From positions 1-64,000 of the forward strand of contig JAJPHT010000033.1 in NCBI GenBank assembly GCA_021325135.1: a DNA stretch of 64,000 bases. The letters run 5' to 3'. Shown here one piece after another: positions 37,053 through 45,851 of this stretch. Source of the stretch: Pseudomonadota bacterium. GTDB lineage: Archaea; Thermoplasmatota; SW-10-69-26; JACQPN01; JAJPHT01. The notes beneath the pieces were generated by a model that made no database searches, was not told the origin of the DNA, and saw only the letters and a program-made list of their open reading frames with translations. The translations under genes were made by a program, and so were the position numbers. Position 1 is the first letter of the stretch; every line of letters starts with the position of its first letter.

Positions 37053-37460
37053 GCGTCTCTTCGCGGACGATGGGGGCGGCATGTTTTCAACGTGTCGCCC
37101 CCGGGGGCACGCCGGCCTGGGCGCTGCGCCCGCCTCCACGAAGCGACCCCAGCGGAGATGCCGAGGGCGGCCTTGTCCTCCTCGGCGTGCCTGACGCGCA
37201 AGGACGGCAAGGCGATGGTCTGCGACATCCTCGGCGTCAAGGTCGGGGGCCGGGGCCGCTGCCTCGGCCGAACCGGGTCACCCGCTTCGTCGCCTGAGCC
37301 GCGCTGGCGGCCTGCCCTGCCGCGACGCTCACGCTCACGAGCGTCACCCCGCCCAATACGCAATGCTTAATACGCGCACGGACCGCTTGATGCTTGAGCG
37401 GACAGCGCCGCACCGACGCGCCCGCCCGGGGGGTTGGAAGGCCCCCGTGGTGAACCCCGC

Positions 37461-37808
37461 ATGAAGACGATGCTCATCGTGGAGAACTCGCAGGGCCGCG
37501 AGCGCCTCTTCCGGGCAGCGGAGGAGTCGCTTGGCGAGAACGAGGCGATCGTCAAGATCACCGACACCATCAGCCTCGAGTCCTCCACCCTCACGGTCCC
37601 CCTCAGCCACAACGCCGAGGTCGTCGCCCGGGAAGCCCCCAAGCTGCTCCCCGGCGGCGTGACCGCGCTCATCTCCTACGTCAAGGTCCCCGCGGACGCC
37701 CTCAAGGCGACCGAATACCGCATGGAAGGCACCGAGATCATCGGCTCCCGCGAGGTCAACCTCCAGGCCGAGCGCATCGGCCGCAAGCGCGACGAAGCCT
37801 CCGCATAG
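37461..37808 (+). CDS. Hypothetical protein
   Basis: 115 aa; strong host codon bias; GGTGA upstream; no family recognised. Confidence 0.75.
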   Translation: MKTMLIVENSQGRERLFRAAEESLGENEAIVKITDTISLESSTLTVPLSHNAEVVAREAPKLLPGGVTALISYVKVPADALKATEYRMEGTEIIGSREVNLQAERIGRKRDEASA

Positions 37809-37859
37809 GCGCCCGCTCGGCCGCTGCCAAACGCGGGGCTCGCTCCCCTGGTGTTTTGG

Positions 37860-37985
37860 TCGTCTGCTGGAACGTTTCCTTCACGTCAGGGGGCTTCGCC
37901 CCCTGAAACCCCCTCGGGTCGCCGCGCTGCGGCGCGGCCGGACGACGATTTGCTTCGGGGGGCCGCGCCCCCCGAACCCCCCGCT
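37860..37985. repeat. Intergenic repeat family B copy 2 plus an extra hairpin
   Basis: Matches 3267-3353; followed by TTCGGGGGGCCGCGCCCCCCGAACCCCCC. Confidence 0.85.
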
Positions 37986-38029
37986 TTTGTCCGCTTAGTT
38001 CTTGACCCATTCGCGCCATCGCGGCGCGC

Positions 38030-39535
38030 TTGCCACCCTTCTGGGCCCAGGTCCGCGAACGCTACCTCGCCCGCAAGCCCCCCTCCGCCATGCGCCGCCA
38101 AGCGCAGGAGAGCCAGCTGGCCCGCACGCTGGGCGTCTGGGAACTGACCGCGCTGGGCATCGGCGGCATCATCGGCGCCGGCATCTTCACCACGACGGGC
38201 ATCATCGTGGGCGCCTACACGGGCCCCGCCATCGCCGTCTCCTTCATCATCGCGGCCGTCGTGAGCGCGCTGGCCGGCCTCGCCTACGCCGAGCTTTCCG
38301 CCATGATGCCCCTGGGCGGAAGCGCGTACACCTACGCCTACGCGAGCTTCGGCGAGCTGACCGCATGGGTCCTCGGCTGGGCGCTCCTCCTGGAGTACGC
38401 CATCGGCAACATGGCCGTGGCCTCGGGCTTCAGCGCCAACTTCAGCGCGCTCCTGGACGCCGCGGGCGTGCATCTCCCCACCGCGCTGCGCGCCGCGCCC
38501 TGCGTCGCGCCCCCGTGCACGGCCAGCGGCATCGTCGACCTGCCCGCGTTCCTCATCGTGATGCTGGTCACGCTCCTGCTCCTGCGCCCCGTGAAGGAGA
38601 GCGCGCGCACGAACCTCGTCCTCGTCGTGACGAAGATCGCCATCATCGCGCTCTTCCTCGTCATCGCGCTGCCCAACGTCAAGGCGTCCAACCTCTCCCC
38701 CTTCGCGCCCTTCGGCGTGGGCGGCGTCCTCGCGGGCGCGGCGCTCATCTTCTTCTCCTTCATCGGCTTCGACGCCGTGAGCACGGCCGCCGAGGAGACC
38801 CGCAACCCGCAGCGCGACGTGCCCCGCGGCATCCTCCTGAGCCTCGGCGTCTGCACCGTCTTCTACATCCTCGTGGGGCTGGGCCTCACGGGCGTCGTCA
38901 ACTACAAGGCCCTCGCCGGAAGCGGCGATCCCCTGGCCGCGGTGCTCAACGCCGCGGGCCACCCGAGCGTCGCCATCGTCATGAACCTCGGCGGCATCCT
39001 CGCGACGGTGAGCGTGCTCCTGGTCTTCCAGCTGGGCACGAGCCGCATCTTCTTCACCCTCGCGCGGGACGGCCTGATCCCCGCCGCGTTCACGCGCGTG
39101 AGCCCCCGCTGGAAGACGCCCACGCGCATCACGCTGGTGAGCGGCGCGTTCGTGGCGGTCTTCTCCGCCCTCCTGCCGCTGAACCTCCTCCTCCAGCTCA
39201 CCAACATCGGCACGCTCTTCGCCTTCGCGATCGTCATGGCGGGCGTGCTCTACCTGCGCAAGAAGGACCCCGACGTGCCGCGCCCCTTCCGCATGCCCGC
39301 CACGCCCTGGAGCGTCTTCCTGGGCATCGCCCTGTGCGTGGGCCTCGTGGCGTCGCTGCCCAACCTGCCCCTCACCCTCATGGGATTCCTCATGTGGATG
39401 GGCATCGGCCTCATGATCTACGCCGGCTACGGCGCGCGGCGGTCGCGCCTCCGGGCCGGCGTCGTGGTGCCTGGCCCCGTGGCCCCGGACGACCCGGGAG
39501 CCATCGAGAAGGAGATCGCGCTTGGAGAAGGGTAG
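38030..39535 (+). CDS. APC-family amino acid permease (CAT-like)
   Basis: GIGGIIGAGIF, GSAYTYAY, FIGFDAV, EETRNPQRDVP. Confidence 0.93.
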   Translation: MPPFWAQVRERYLARKPPSAMRRQAQESQLARTLGVWELTALGIGGIIGAGIFTTTGIIVGAYTGPAIAVSFIIAAVVSALAGLAYAELSAMMPLGGSAYTYAYASFGELTAWVLGWALLLEYAIGNMAVASGFSANFSALLDAAGVHLPTALRAAPCVAPPCTASGIVDLPAFLIVMLVTLLLLRPVKESARTNLVLVVTKIAIIALFLVIALPNVKASNLSPFAPFGVGGVLAGAALIFFSFIGFDAVSTAAEETRNPQRDVPRGILLSLGVCTVFYILVGLGLTGVVNYKALAGSGDPLAAVLNAAGHPSVAIVMNLGGILATVSVLLVFQLGTSRIFFTLARDGLIPAAFTRVSPRWKTPTRITLVSGAFVAVFSALLPLNLLLQLTNIGTLFAFAIVMAGVLYLRKKDPDVPRPFRMPATPWSVFLGIALCVGLVASLPNLPLTLMGFLMWMGIGLMIYAGYGARRSRLRAGVVVPGPVAPDDPGAIEKEIALGEG

Positions 39536-39566
39536 GCCCACCTCGGACTCCGCCTGAGGGTCTGCT

Positions 39567-39640
39567 CTTTTCGTCACCCCTCAACGCGACGACGCCACGA
39601 TTCCCCAAGCGTTGCGTCGTGGCGTCCAGTGGTAACGAAG
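39567..39640. repeat. Intergenic repeat family A copy 2
   Basis: CTTTTCGTCACCCCTCAACGCGACGACGCCACGA (33/34 identical to copy 1) ... TCGTGGCGTCCAGTGGTAACGAAG. Confidence 0.85.
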
Positions 39641-39683
39641 CATCAAACCCGAGAAGGCCCCGAGCAGGCCAGCCCTCTCAGAC

Positions 39684-40253
39684 TCAGACCTCGCCCCAGA
39701 GCCCGACCTGCCCCTCGGCGATGAGGGAGTCCAGCGCGCGGCTGAAGGTGCTCACCCAGCGGAAGGTCCACGCGGCGCGGCCGGCGAGGGCGCCCAGGAC
39801 GATGCCGTTGGCGACGGTGACGCCCGCGCCGAAGGGGAGCGCCCAGGGCTGGTCGGCCCAGAGCGCGCCGAAGAGGACGGCGTTGGCCACGAGGAGAGCG
39901 GTCCAGGCGATGGCCTCGACGCGCATCGCGGGGCCCTTCTGGCGGACCGCGCGCTCGACGTCCGAGAGGCGCCCCGCGGTGAGGGACATGCGCATCCAGG
40001 CGTTCCACCCTTCGCGCAGGCTCGCCTCGTGGCGGCGCGTCTCGAAGCGCCCGACAAGCGCGCCCAGGCCGCCGCCCAGGAGGAGGGCTCCGGCGCCCAT
40101 CCAGACGATCCACCCCAGCAGGGGCTGGTCCGTCAACTCCGCCATGAAGTAGGCGGGGACGGCGAAGAGGGCCATGAGGACGAGCGTGCGGGCGTGGGCC
40201 TTGCGCTCGCGCTTGAGCAGGGAGAGGAACTGGTCGGTGACGCCGCGGGGCAT
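39684..40253 (-). CDS. Hypothetical membrane protein (about 4 TM)
   Basis: Hydrophobic segments; co-oriented with the 40264 gene. Confidence 0.75.
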   Translation of the reverse strand: MPRGVTDQFLSLLKRERKAHARTLVLMALFAVPAYFMAELTDQPLLGWIVWMGAGALLLGGGLGALVGRFETRRHEASLREGWNAWMRMSLTAGRLSDVERAVRQKGPAMRVEAIAWTALLVANAVLFGALWADQPWALPFGAGVTVANGIVLGALAGRAAWTFRWVSTFSRALDSLIAEGQVGLWGEV

Positions 40254-40263
40254 GGGAGGGACC

Positions 40264-40488
40264 TCAGGTGTTGCGGGCGCGGTAGAGCCGGGTCGCGAGG
40301 ACTCCGTCGATGCGCTTCAGGTCGGCCTGCACGCGGCCCACGTCGGGGGCCTCCACCTTCAGCGCGATGGCGTTGGGGTAGAGGAGGCTCCGGTGGGTGA
40401 TGGCCGGGATCCGGGCGAGGGCCTCAAGGACCTGGCCTTCGCGTCCTGGCAGGGTCTCAAGGAGGAGAAAGCCGCTGCTCACGTGCAT
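40264..40488 (-). CDS. Stand-alone Lrp/AsnC ligand-binding-like domain protein
   Basis: GFLLLETLPGREGQVLEALARIP...RIDGVLATR pattern. Confidence 0.7.
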   Translation of the reverse strand: MHVSSGFLLLETLPGREGQVLEALARIPAITHRSLLYPNAIALKVEAPDVGRVQADLKRIDGVLATRLYRARNT

Positions 40489-40607
40489 CCATCCGATCCC
40501 TGGGCACTTCGCCAGGGGTTATGGGCTTTCGCTTTTGGAACTCCCGCGGACCTTCCGGGCCCCTGGCAGGAAAACCTTGATAAGCACGCGCATGGCGTCC
40601 GGGGGTG

Positions 40608-41543
40608 ATGTCCCGAGGCTTCGGCGCCCGGGCCGGCCTCCTCGTGGCGCTGGCCCTCCTGCTCATCGCGTCCTTCGCCCCCCTGGCGGCGGCGGACCAC
40701 TCGTTCTCCCACCGCTACCTGATCTACGGGCGCGTCGTGGACGCCAACCACAACCCCGTCCAGAACGTGACCGTGAGCGTGGGCTACGACGACGTGTTCG
40801 CGGGCAACCTGGAGGGCCCCTGCGCCAACCAGCCCGACACCGAGACCGAGGCCTACGGCGTGACGAAGACCGTCCCCGTCACCAACCAGTACGGCGAGTT
40901 CATGTTCTGCTTCCACCACCACGGGCTCTCCCGCGGCCTGCCGGGCAAGATCACGCTGCGCATCGACGAGGAGAACAACTACTCGCGCACGTTCGACGTG
41001 GACCCGTACTTCCGCATCACGCAGACCACGGAGCAGCTCGACCACGTGAGCGCGCACGCGAACCCCGACGCGCTGAACTCCTCCTACGTCATCCAGGGCC
41101 GCATCTGGCGCCCCGCGGGCAAGACCGTGTACGTCGAGGGCAACCCCGTCTTCGGCAACACCGTCAACAACGAGGCCGTCAACATCACGTTCACCCACGA
41201 CGGCAAGACGGAGACGTTCTCCACGCGCACCAACAACTACGGCGACTTCGCGTACCGCGTGAACGTCACGCAGATGCCCACCTCGGGCACGGTCGCCATC
41301 CAGAGCGTGGGCGAGACGCACACGTTCAACGTGGACCCCGCCTCCCCGGGCGTCCTCTCGGTGGAGATCAACGCCGCGTCCCCGGCCGACCCCTTCCTGC
41401 GCGGCATGCTCATCGCGGGCGGCGTCGTCGTGGGCCTCGCCGTCATCGGCGGTGGCGGCTGGTACGGCTTCAAGAAGATGAGCTCCCGCCGCGAGGAGCA
41501 GGCGATGCGCGACCGCGCGACGCGCAAGCGCGCGAACAAGTGA
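40608..41543 (+). CDS. Secreted, C-terminally anchored protein with carboxypeptidase-regulatory-like beta domains
   Basis: Signal peptide, IYGRVVDAN..PV, TNQYGEF, TNNYGDF, C-terminal TM and basic tail. Confidence 0.8.
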   Translation: MSRGFGARAGLLVALALLLIASFAPLAAADHSFSHRYLIYGRVVDANHNPVQNVTVSVGYDDVFAGNLEGPCANQPDTETEAYGVTKTVPVTNQYGEFMFCFHHHGLSRGLPGKITLRIDEENNYSRTFDVDPYFRITQTTEQLDHVSAHANPDALNSSYVIQGRIWRPAGKTVYVEGNPVFGNTVNNEAVNITFTHDGKTETFSTRTNNYGDFAYRVNVTQMPTSGTVAIQSVGETHTFNVDPASPGVLSVEINAASPADPFLRGMLIAGGVVVGLAVIGGGGWYGFKKMSSRREEQAMRDRATRKRANK

Positions 41544-41547
41544 GACC

Positions 41548-42408
41548 ATGCGGCGCCTCGCGGCCGCCCTCGCCCTCCTCGCGCTCCTCGCGCCCCTCGC
41601 GGCGGCGCAGGAGCGCATCAACCCCATCCAGGGGGCCTACGGGGAGGTCTACGTCATCGCGGGGCGCGCCCTCGACGCCGACGGCAACCCCATCGTGCGC
41701 GGCACGGTGACCGCCTCCCTGGACTCGCCCGGCGTGCAGGCCACGCCCCTCTCCATCGGGACCGACTGCTACGGCACGTTCTTCGGCTACTACACGCTCC
41801 ACGCGGTGAACCCCAAGGGCTCCATCACGGTCGCGATCAAGGGGCCCGACGGCGAGGGCTCGCAGAGCAAGGGGCTGGACCCGTTCTTCCGGCGCTCCGA
41901 CTTCCTGCTGCGCTACCCGGGCCACACGCAGGGCGCGTGCCCCGACGCGCAGCCCACCCCGTGGGGCTCGCGCGCCACCGTGAGCGGCCGCCTGCTGGAG
42001 CGCGTGCCCTCCTACGACCCTGGCACCGGGAGCCTGGACGCGCGGCCCTTCCAGGGGTACGTGCGCCTCGCCCTCGTGCTCAAGGACGGCAGCCGCTTCT
42101 GCCCGCCCTCGCAGCAGGGCGCCACGCTCTGCGAGCCCATCCCCGTGGACGAGCGCGGCGACTTCCGCTACTCGTGGACGTTCAACGACGCGTTCAACGC
42201 CACGGGCCACGTGGAGGTCGTCGCGGGGAACCGCACCTTCAACGAGACGCTGGACCCCGTCTACCGCATCGCGTGGGCCGACGAGGAGACCACCGGCCAG
42301 GGCCCTCCCGCCCCGGCGCCCACGCCCTTGCCGCCGGTCCTGGCGCTCGCGGCCGTCGCGGTGGCGGCCTTCGCGGCCCGAAGGCTTCTTCCCGGGCACC
42401 CCCGATGA
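41548..42408 (+). CDS. Secreted protein, distant paralog of the preceding gene, with a sorting-like C-terminus
   Basis: YVIAGRALDADGNP, TDCYGTF, DPFFRR, DERGDF; TPLP-hydrophobic-RR tail. Confidence 0.75.
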   Translation: MRRLAAALALLALLAPLAAAQERINPIQGAYGEVYVIAGRALDADGNPIVRGTVTASLDSPGVQATPLSIGTDCYGTFFGYYTLHAVNPKGSITVAIKGPDGEGSQSKGLDPFFRRSDFLLRYPGHTQGACPDAQPTPWGSRATVSGRLLERVPSYDPGTGSLDARPFQGYVRLALVLKDGSRFCPPSQQGATLCEPIPVDERGDFRYSWTFNDAFNATGHVEVVAGNRTFNETLDPVYRIAWADEETTGQGPPAPAPTPLPPVLALAAVAVAAFAARRLLPGHPR

Positions 42409-42415
42409 GCCGCGC

Positions 42416-43630
42416 GTGAACCTGCCCACCCTCGCGGACGTCGAGGAGGCGCGCAAGCGCCTCGCGGGCGTCTCGCACCACACGCCCCTGGAGCCCTCCG
42501 GCACCTTCAGCGAGATGACGGGCGCCGACGTGTGGCTGAAGCTGGAGAACCTCCAGCGCACGGGCTCGTTCAAGATCCGCGGCGCGTACAACAAGATCGC
42601 CAGCATCGACCCCGCCGCGCGCGCCCGCGGCGTCGTGGCCGCCAGCGCGGGCAACCACGCGCAGGGCGTCGCCCTCGCGGCGAAGCTCACCGGCGTCCCC
42701 GCCACCATCGTCATGCCCGAGCGCGCGAGCCTCGCCAAGGCGGAGGCGGTGCGCGGCTACGGCGCGGACCTCATCCTCTTCGGGAAGGACTACAACGAGG
42801 CCGAGGCCAAGGCCAAGGAGGTGGGCGCCCAGCGCGGACAGACCTTCGTCCACGCCTTCGACGACCCCCTCGTCATCGCGGGCCAGGGCACGCTGGGGCT
42901 GGAGATCCTCGACGACCTGCCCGACGCGCAGACCATCATCGTGCCCGTGGGCGGAGGCGGCCTCATCGCGGGGGTCGCCACCGCCATCAAGGCGAAGCGC
43001 CCCGACGCGCGCATCGTCGCCGTGGAGCCCACCGGCGCGGCGAAGCTCCCCGACTCGCTCCACAAGGGGACCATCCAGACGCTCAGCGGCGTCAACACCA
43101 TCGCGGACGGCCTCGCCACGCGCCGCGTGGGCGAGCTGACGTTCCCCATCATCCGGCGCCACGTCCACGAGACGGCGACGGTGGACGACGACGTCATCGC
43201 GCTGGCGACGCTGCTCCTCCTGGAGCGCGCCAAGACGCTGGTGGAGGGCGCGGGCGCCGCCGCGCTGGCGGCCCTCATCTCGGGCAAGGTCAAGGTGGAG
43301 AAGGGGGAGAAGGTCGCGGTCGTCTGCTCGGGCGGCAACATCGACGTGACCCTTCTCGACCAGGTCATCCAGCGCGGCCTCGCGCAGACGGGCCGCGCCG
43401 TGCGCCTGCGCACCGTCCTCGACGACCGCCCCGGCGCGCTGCGCGATCTGCTGGCCACCGTCGCGGCGACGGGCGCCAACGTGGAGAGCATCGAGCACGA
43501 CCGCGCCCGGGGCGACGTCGCCCTGGGCAAGGCCGAGGTGCTCCTCAAGCTCGACACGCGCGGCCCCGACCACGTCGCGCAGGTCATCCGCGCGCTGGCC
43601 GAGAAGGGCTACCGCGTCGCGCGCGAGTGA
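42416..43630 (+). CDS. ilvA: Threonine ammonia-lyase with C-terminal ACT domain
   Basis: KLENLQRTGSFKIRG, SAGNHAQG, VGGGGLI, SGGNID, DRPG. Confidence 0.93.
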   Translation: MNLPTLADVEEARKRLAGVSHHTPLEPSGTFSEMTGADVWLKLENLQRTGSFKIRGAYNKIASIDPAARARGVVAASAGNHAQGVALAAKLTGVPATIVMPERASLAKAEAVRGYGADLILFGKDYNEAEAKAKEVGAQRGQTFVHAFDDPLVIAGQGTLGLEILDDLPDAQTIIVPVGGGGLIAGVATAIKAKRPDARIVAVEPTGAAKLPDSLHKGTIQTLSGVNTIADGLATRRVGELTFPIIRRHVHETATVDDDVIALATLLLLERAKTLVEGAGAAALAALISGKVKVEKGEKVAVVCSGGNIDVTLLDQVIQRGLAQTGRAVRLRTVLDDRPGALRDLLATVAATGANVESIEHDRARGDVALGKAEVLLKLDTRGPDHVAQVIRALAEKGYRVARE

Positions 43631-43636
43631 GGGCCC

Positions 43637-44299
43637 TCAGAAGCCCAGCGTCGTCGCGGGGAAGTCGGAGGGCACCGTGGCGGGCTCGGGCGGCGTGAGG
43701 ATGATGCGCACCAGCTCCGCGGCGCGCGCGGGCTCCTGGACGGGCAGCATGCGCTCCTCGCCCTCGCCGGTCGCCACCGCCTCGAACACCTGGCAGAAGC
43801 GGTCCACGACGCCACATTGGAAGCTCGCGCGGTGGCGGATGAGCGTCTTCGTCACGGCCTGCTCGTCCAGCAGGCGGTAGATGCTCTCGCGGCCGCGCGG
43901 CTCGCGCCCCAGCACCTCCGCGTCCACCATCTTCGCCAGGTGGAACGAGAGCGTGGAGGGGCTCACGCCGACGTGCTCCAGGATCGCCTTGTGGCTCATC
44001 TCCTTGCGGAACAGCAGGAGGATCGCGATGGTGCGCGGCACCTCGTGGCGCAGGACGCTGATCACGTCCTTCTCCTTGCGGCCGATGAGGTTCTTCACGA
44101 AATAGCGGCTGAACTTCCCGTCCTTCTTGACGACGACGAGGTCCAGCTTCTCGAGGTAGTTGAGGTGATAGAGGACCTGGCCGAAGGGAAGCTTCACCGC
44201 GCGGTGCACGCCCCGCAGGTGCGTGCCGGGCGTCGCCAGGATGTACTCGTAGATCTGACGGCGCGCATCCAGCTCGAGGGCTTCTTCCTTGGTCTTCAT
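43637..44299 (-). CDS. Double winged-HTH transcriptional regulator (archaeal COG3398-like)
   Basis: RRQIYEYI..PGTHLR...YHL..LEK, second HTH SPSTLSFHL. Confidence 0.85.
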   Translation of the reverse strand: MKTKEEALELDARRQIYEYILATPGTHLRGVHRAVKLPFGQVLYHLNYLEKLDLVVVKKDGKFSRYFVKNLIGRKEKDVISVLRHEVPRTIAILLLFRKEMSHKAILEHVGVSPSTLSFHLAKMVDAEVLGREPRGRESIYRLLDEQAVTKTLIRHRASFQCGVVDRFCQVFEAVATGEGEERMLPVQEPARAAELVRIILTPPEPATVPSDFPATTLGF

Positions 44300-44531
44300 T
44301 GGGCATCCCTGTGAGGCTCTGCGCCAACGCCCGTGGGAGTCTCCTCAAGCGTTTTGGAGCAACCCTCGGGGGGACTCGCTCGCCAGGCGCCGATCCTTCG
44401 ACGCCTGTCCAGTACGTGCGCCGGAGCCGCAGCGTGCAGGCGGGCGCAGGGCCCCTCTCCGCGCGGGCCCGCGCCCCCGCGCCAAAGGCTTATAGCCGGG
44501 AAGTCCGCCTCCCCGCGAGAGCCCCCGTCCC

Positions 44532-45650
44532 ATGGCCATCGACGACGACATCGCGGCCATCGAGGCCGAGATCGGGAAGACCCAGTACAACAAGGCCACG
44601 CAGGGCCACATCGGGAAGCTCAAGGCCAAGCTCGCGCGCCTGCGCGAGGAGAAGGAGAAGCGCGCCGCGGCGGGCGGCGGCGGGGGGCAGGGCGGCTACG
44701 ACGTCAAGAAGAGCGGCATGGCCTCCGTCGCGCTGGTGGGCTTCCCCAGCGTGGGCAAGTCGACGCTGCTCAACAAGCTGACGGGCACCGAGAGCGAGGT
44801 CGCGGCCTACGCGTTCACGACGCTCACGTGCATCCCGGGCATGCTGCACCACAAGCACGCCGACATCCAGATCCTCGACCTTCCCGGCCTCATCCGCGGC
44901 GCGGCGGGCGGCAAGGGTCGCGGCCGCGAGGTCATCGCCGTCGTGCGGACGACCGACCTCGTGCTGCTGGTCGCCGACGCGCTCCACCCCGAGCAGATCT
45001 TCGTCATCGTGGACGAGCTCTACGACGCGAACATCCGCCTGAACCGCCAGCCGGCGGACATCAAGCTCTACAAGTCGCGCCAGCGCGGCGGCATCAACGT
45101 GAGCTTCACCGTCCCGCAGAGCAAGGGGCTCGACGAGGACGTCGTCAAGGACATGGTCAAGGAGTACGGCATCGTCAACGCCGACGTGGTCGTGCGCCAG
45201 GACGCGACGGTGGACGAGCTCATCGACGTGCTGGCCGGCAACCGCACGTACATCCAGGCCATGGTCGCCCTCAACAAGGTCGACCTCCAGGACCTCGACT
45301 ACACCAAGGCCACCATCAAGATGTTCCAGGACCGCGGCTGGCCCGTGGCCCCCATCGCCGCGAAGAAGGGGCTGGGCATCGACCAGCTCAAGGACGTCAT
45401 CTACGACGAGCTTCGCTTCATGCGCGTCTTCATGAAGCCCCAGGGCGGCGAGGCCGACATGGACGTGCCCCTCGTCATCAAGAGCGGCAGCGACGTGGGC
45501 CTCGTCTGCGACGCGCTGCACCGCGACTTCCGTCTCAAGTTCCGCTACGCCATCGTGACCGGGCCCTCGGCCAAGTTCGCCAACCAGATCGTGGGGATCG
45601 ATCACGTTTTGCGTGATGGGGATGTGCTGACGCTCGTCCTGAGGCGGTAG
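44532..45650 (+). CDS. DRG/Rbg-family OBG GTPase with TGS domain
   Basis: TQYNKAT..HIG.LKAKLA, GFPSVGKS, YAFTT, DLPG, NKVD, C-terminal GIDHVL.DGDV. Confidence 0.95.
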   Translation: MAIDDDIAAIEAEIGKTQYNKATQGHIGKLKAKLARLREEKEKRAAAGGGGGQGGYDVKKSGMASVALVGFPSVGKSTLLNKLTGTESEVAAYAFTTLTCIPGMLHHKHADIQILDLPGLIRGAAGGKGRGREVIAVVRTTDLVLLVADALHPEQIFVIVDELYDANIRLNRQPADIKLYKSRQRGGINVSFTVPQSKGLDEDVVKDMVKEYGIVNADVVVRQDATVDELIDVLAGNRTYIQAMVALNKVDLQDLDYTKATIKMFQDRGWPVAPIAAKKGLGIDQLKDVIYDELRFMRVFMKPQGGEADMDVPLVIKSGSDVGLVCDALHRDFRLKFRYAIVTGPSAKFANQIVGIDHVLRDGDVLTLVLRR

Positions 45651-45806
45651 CCGAAGGACGAGAGCGTCAGCACATCCCCATCACGCAAAACGTGATCGAC
45701 AGGCCGAACCCGACGAGCGGCCCTTGGGCCGCGAGGAGAGGAATTCGGCCGTGTCGACCACGTCCTCAAGGGCGGGGACGTGCTGACGCTGGTTCTCAGG
45801 CGTTGG
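45598..45806. repeat. DRG 3' end present three times: gene copy, perfect 38-bp inverted copy, diverged direct copy
   Basis: 45598-45635 is the exact reverse complement of 45662-45699; 45756-45806 encodes [17 protein letters not shown] versus gene [16 protein letters not shown]. Confidence 0.92.
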
Positions 45807-45851
45807 AACCACGGGCGAGCCTTCATGGTGAAGGCCCCATGGGGGAGCGCC

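Noticed and set aside
37140-37340. Possible pseudogene fragment between the synthase and the 37461 gene
   Set aside because: The stretch looks coding-like but has no recognisable motif and no consistent start or stop.
45600-45806. DGR template/variable repeat pair
   Set aside because: The 15 differences are not adenine-specific on either strand, most are synonymous, and there is no reverse transcriptase in the window.
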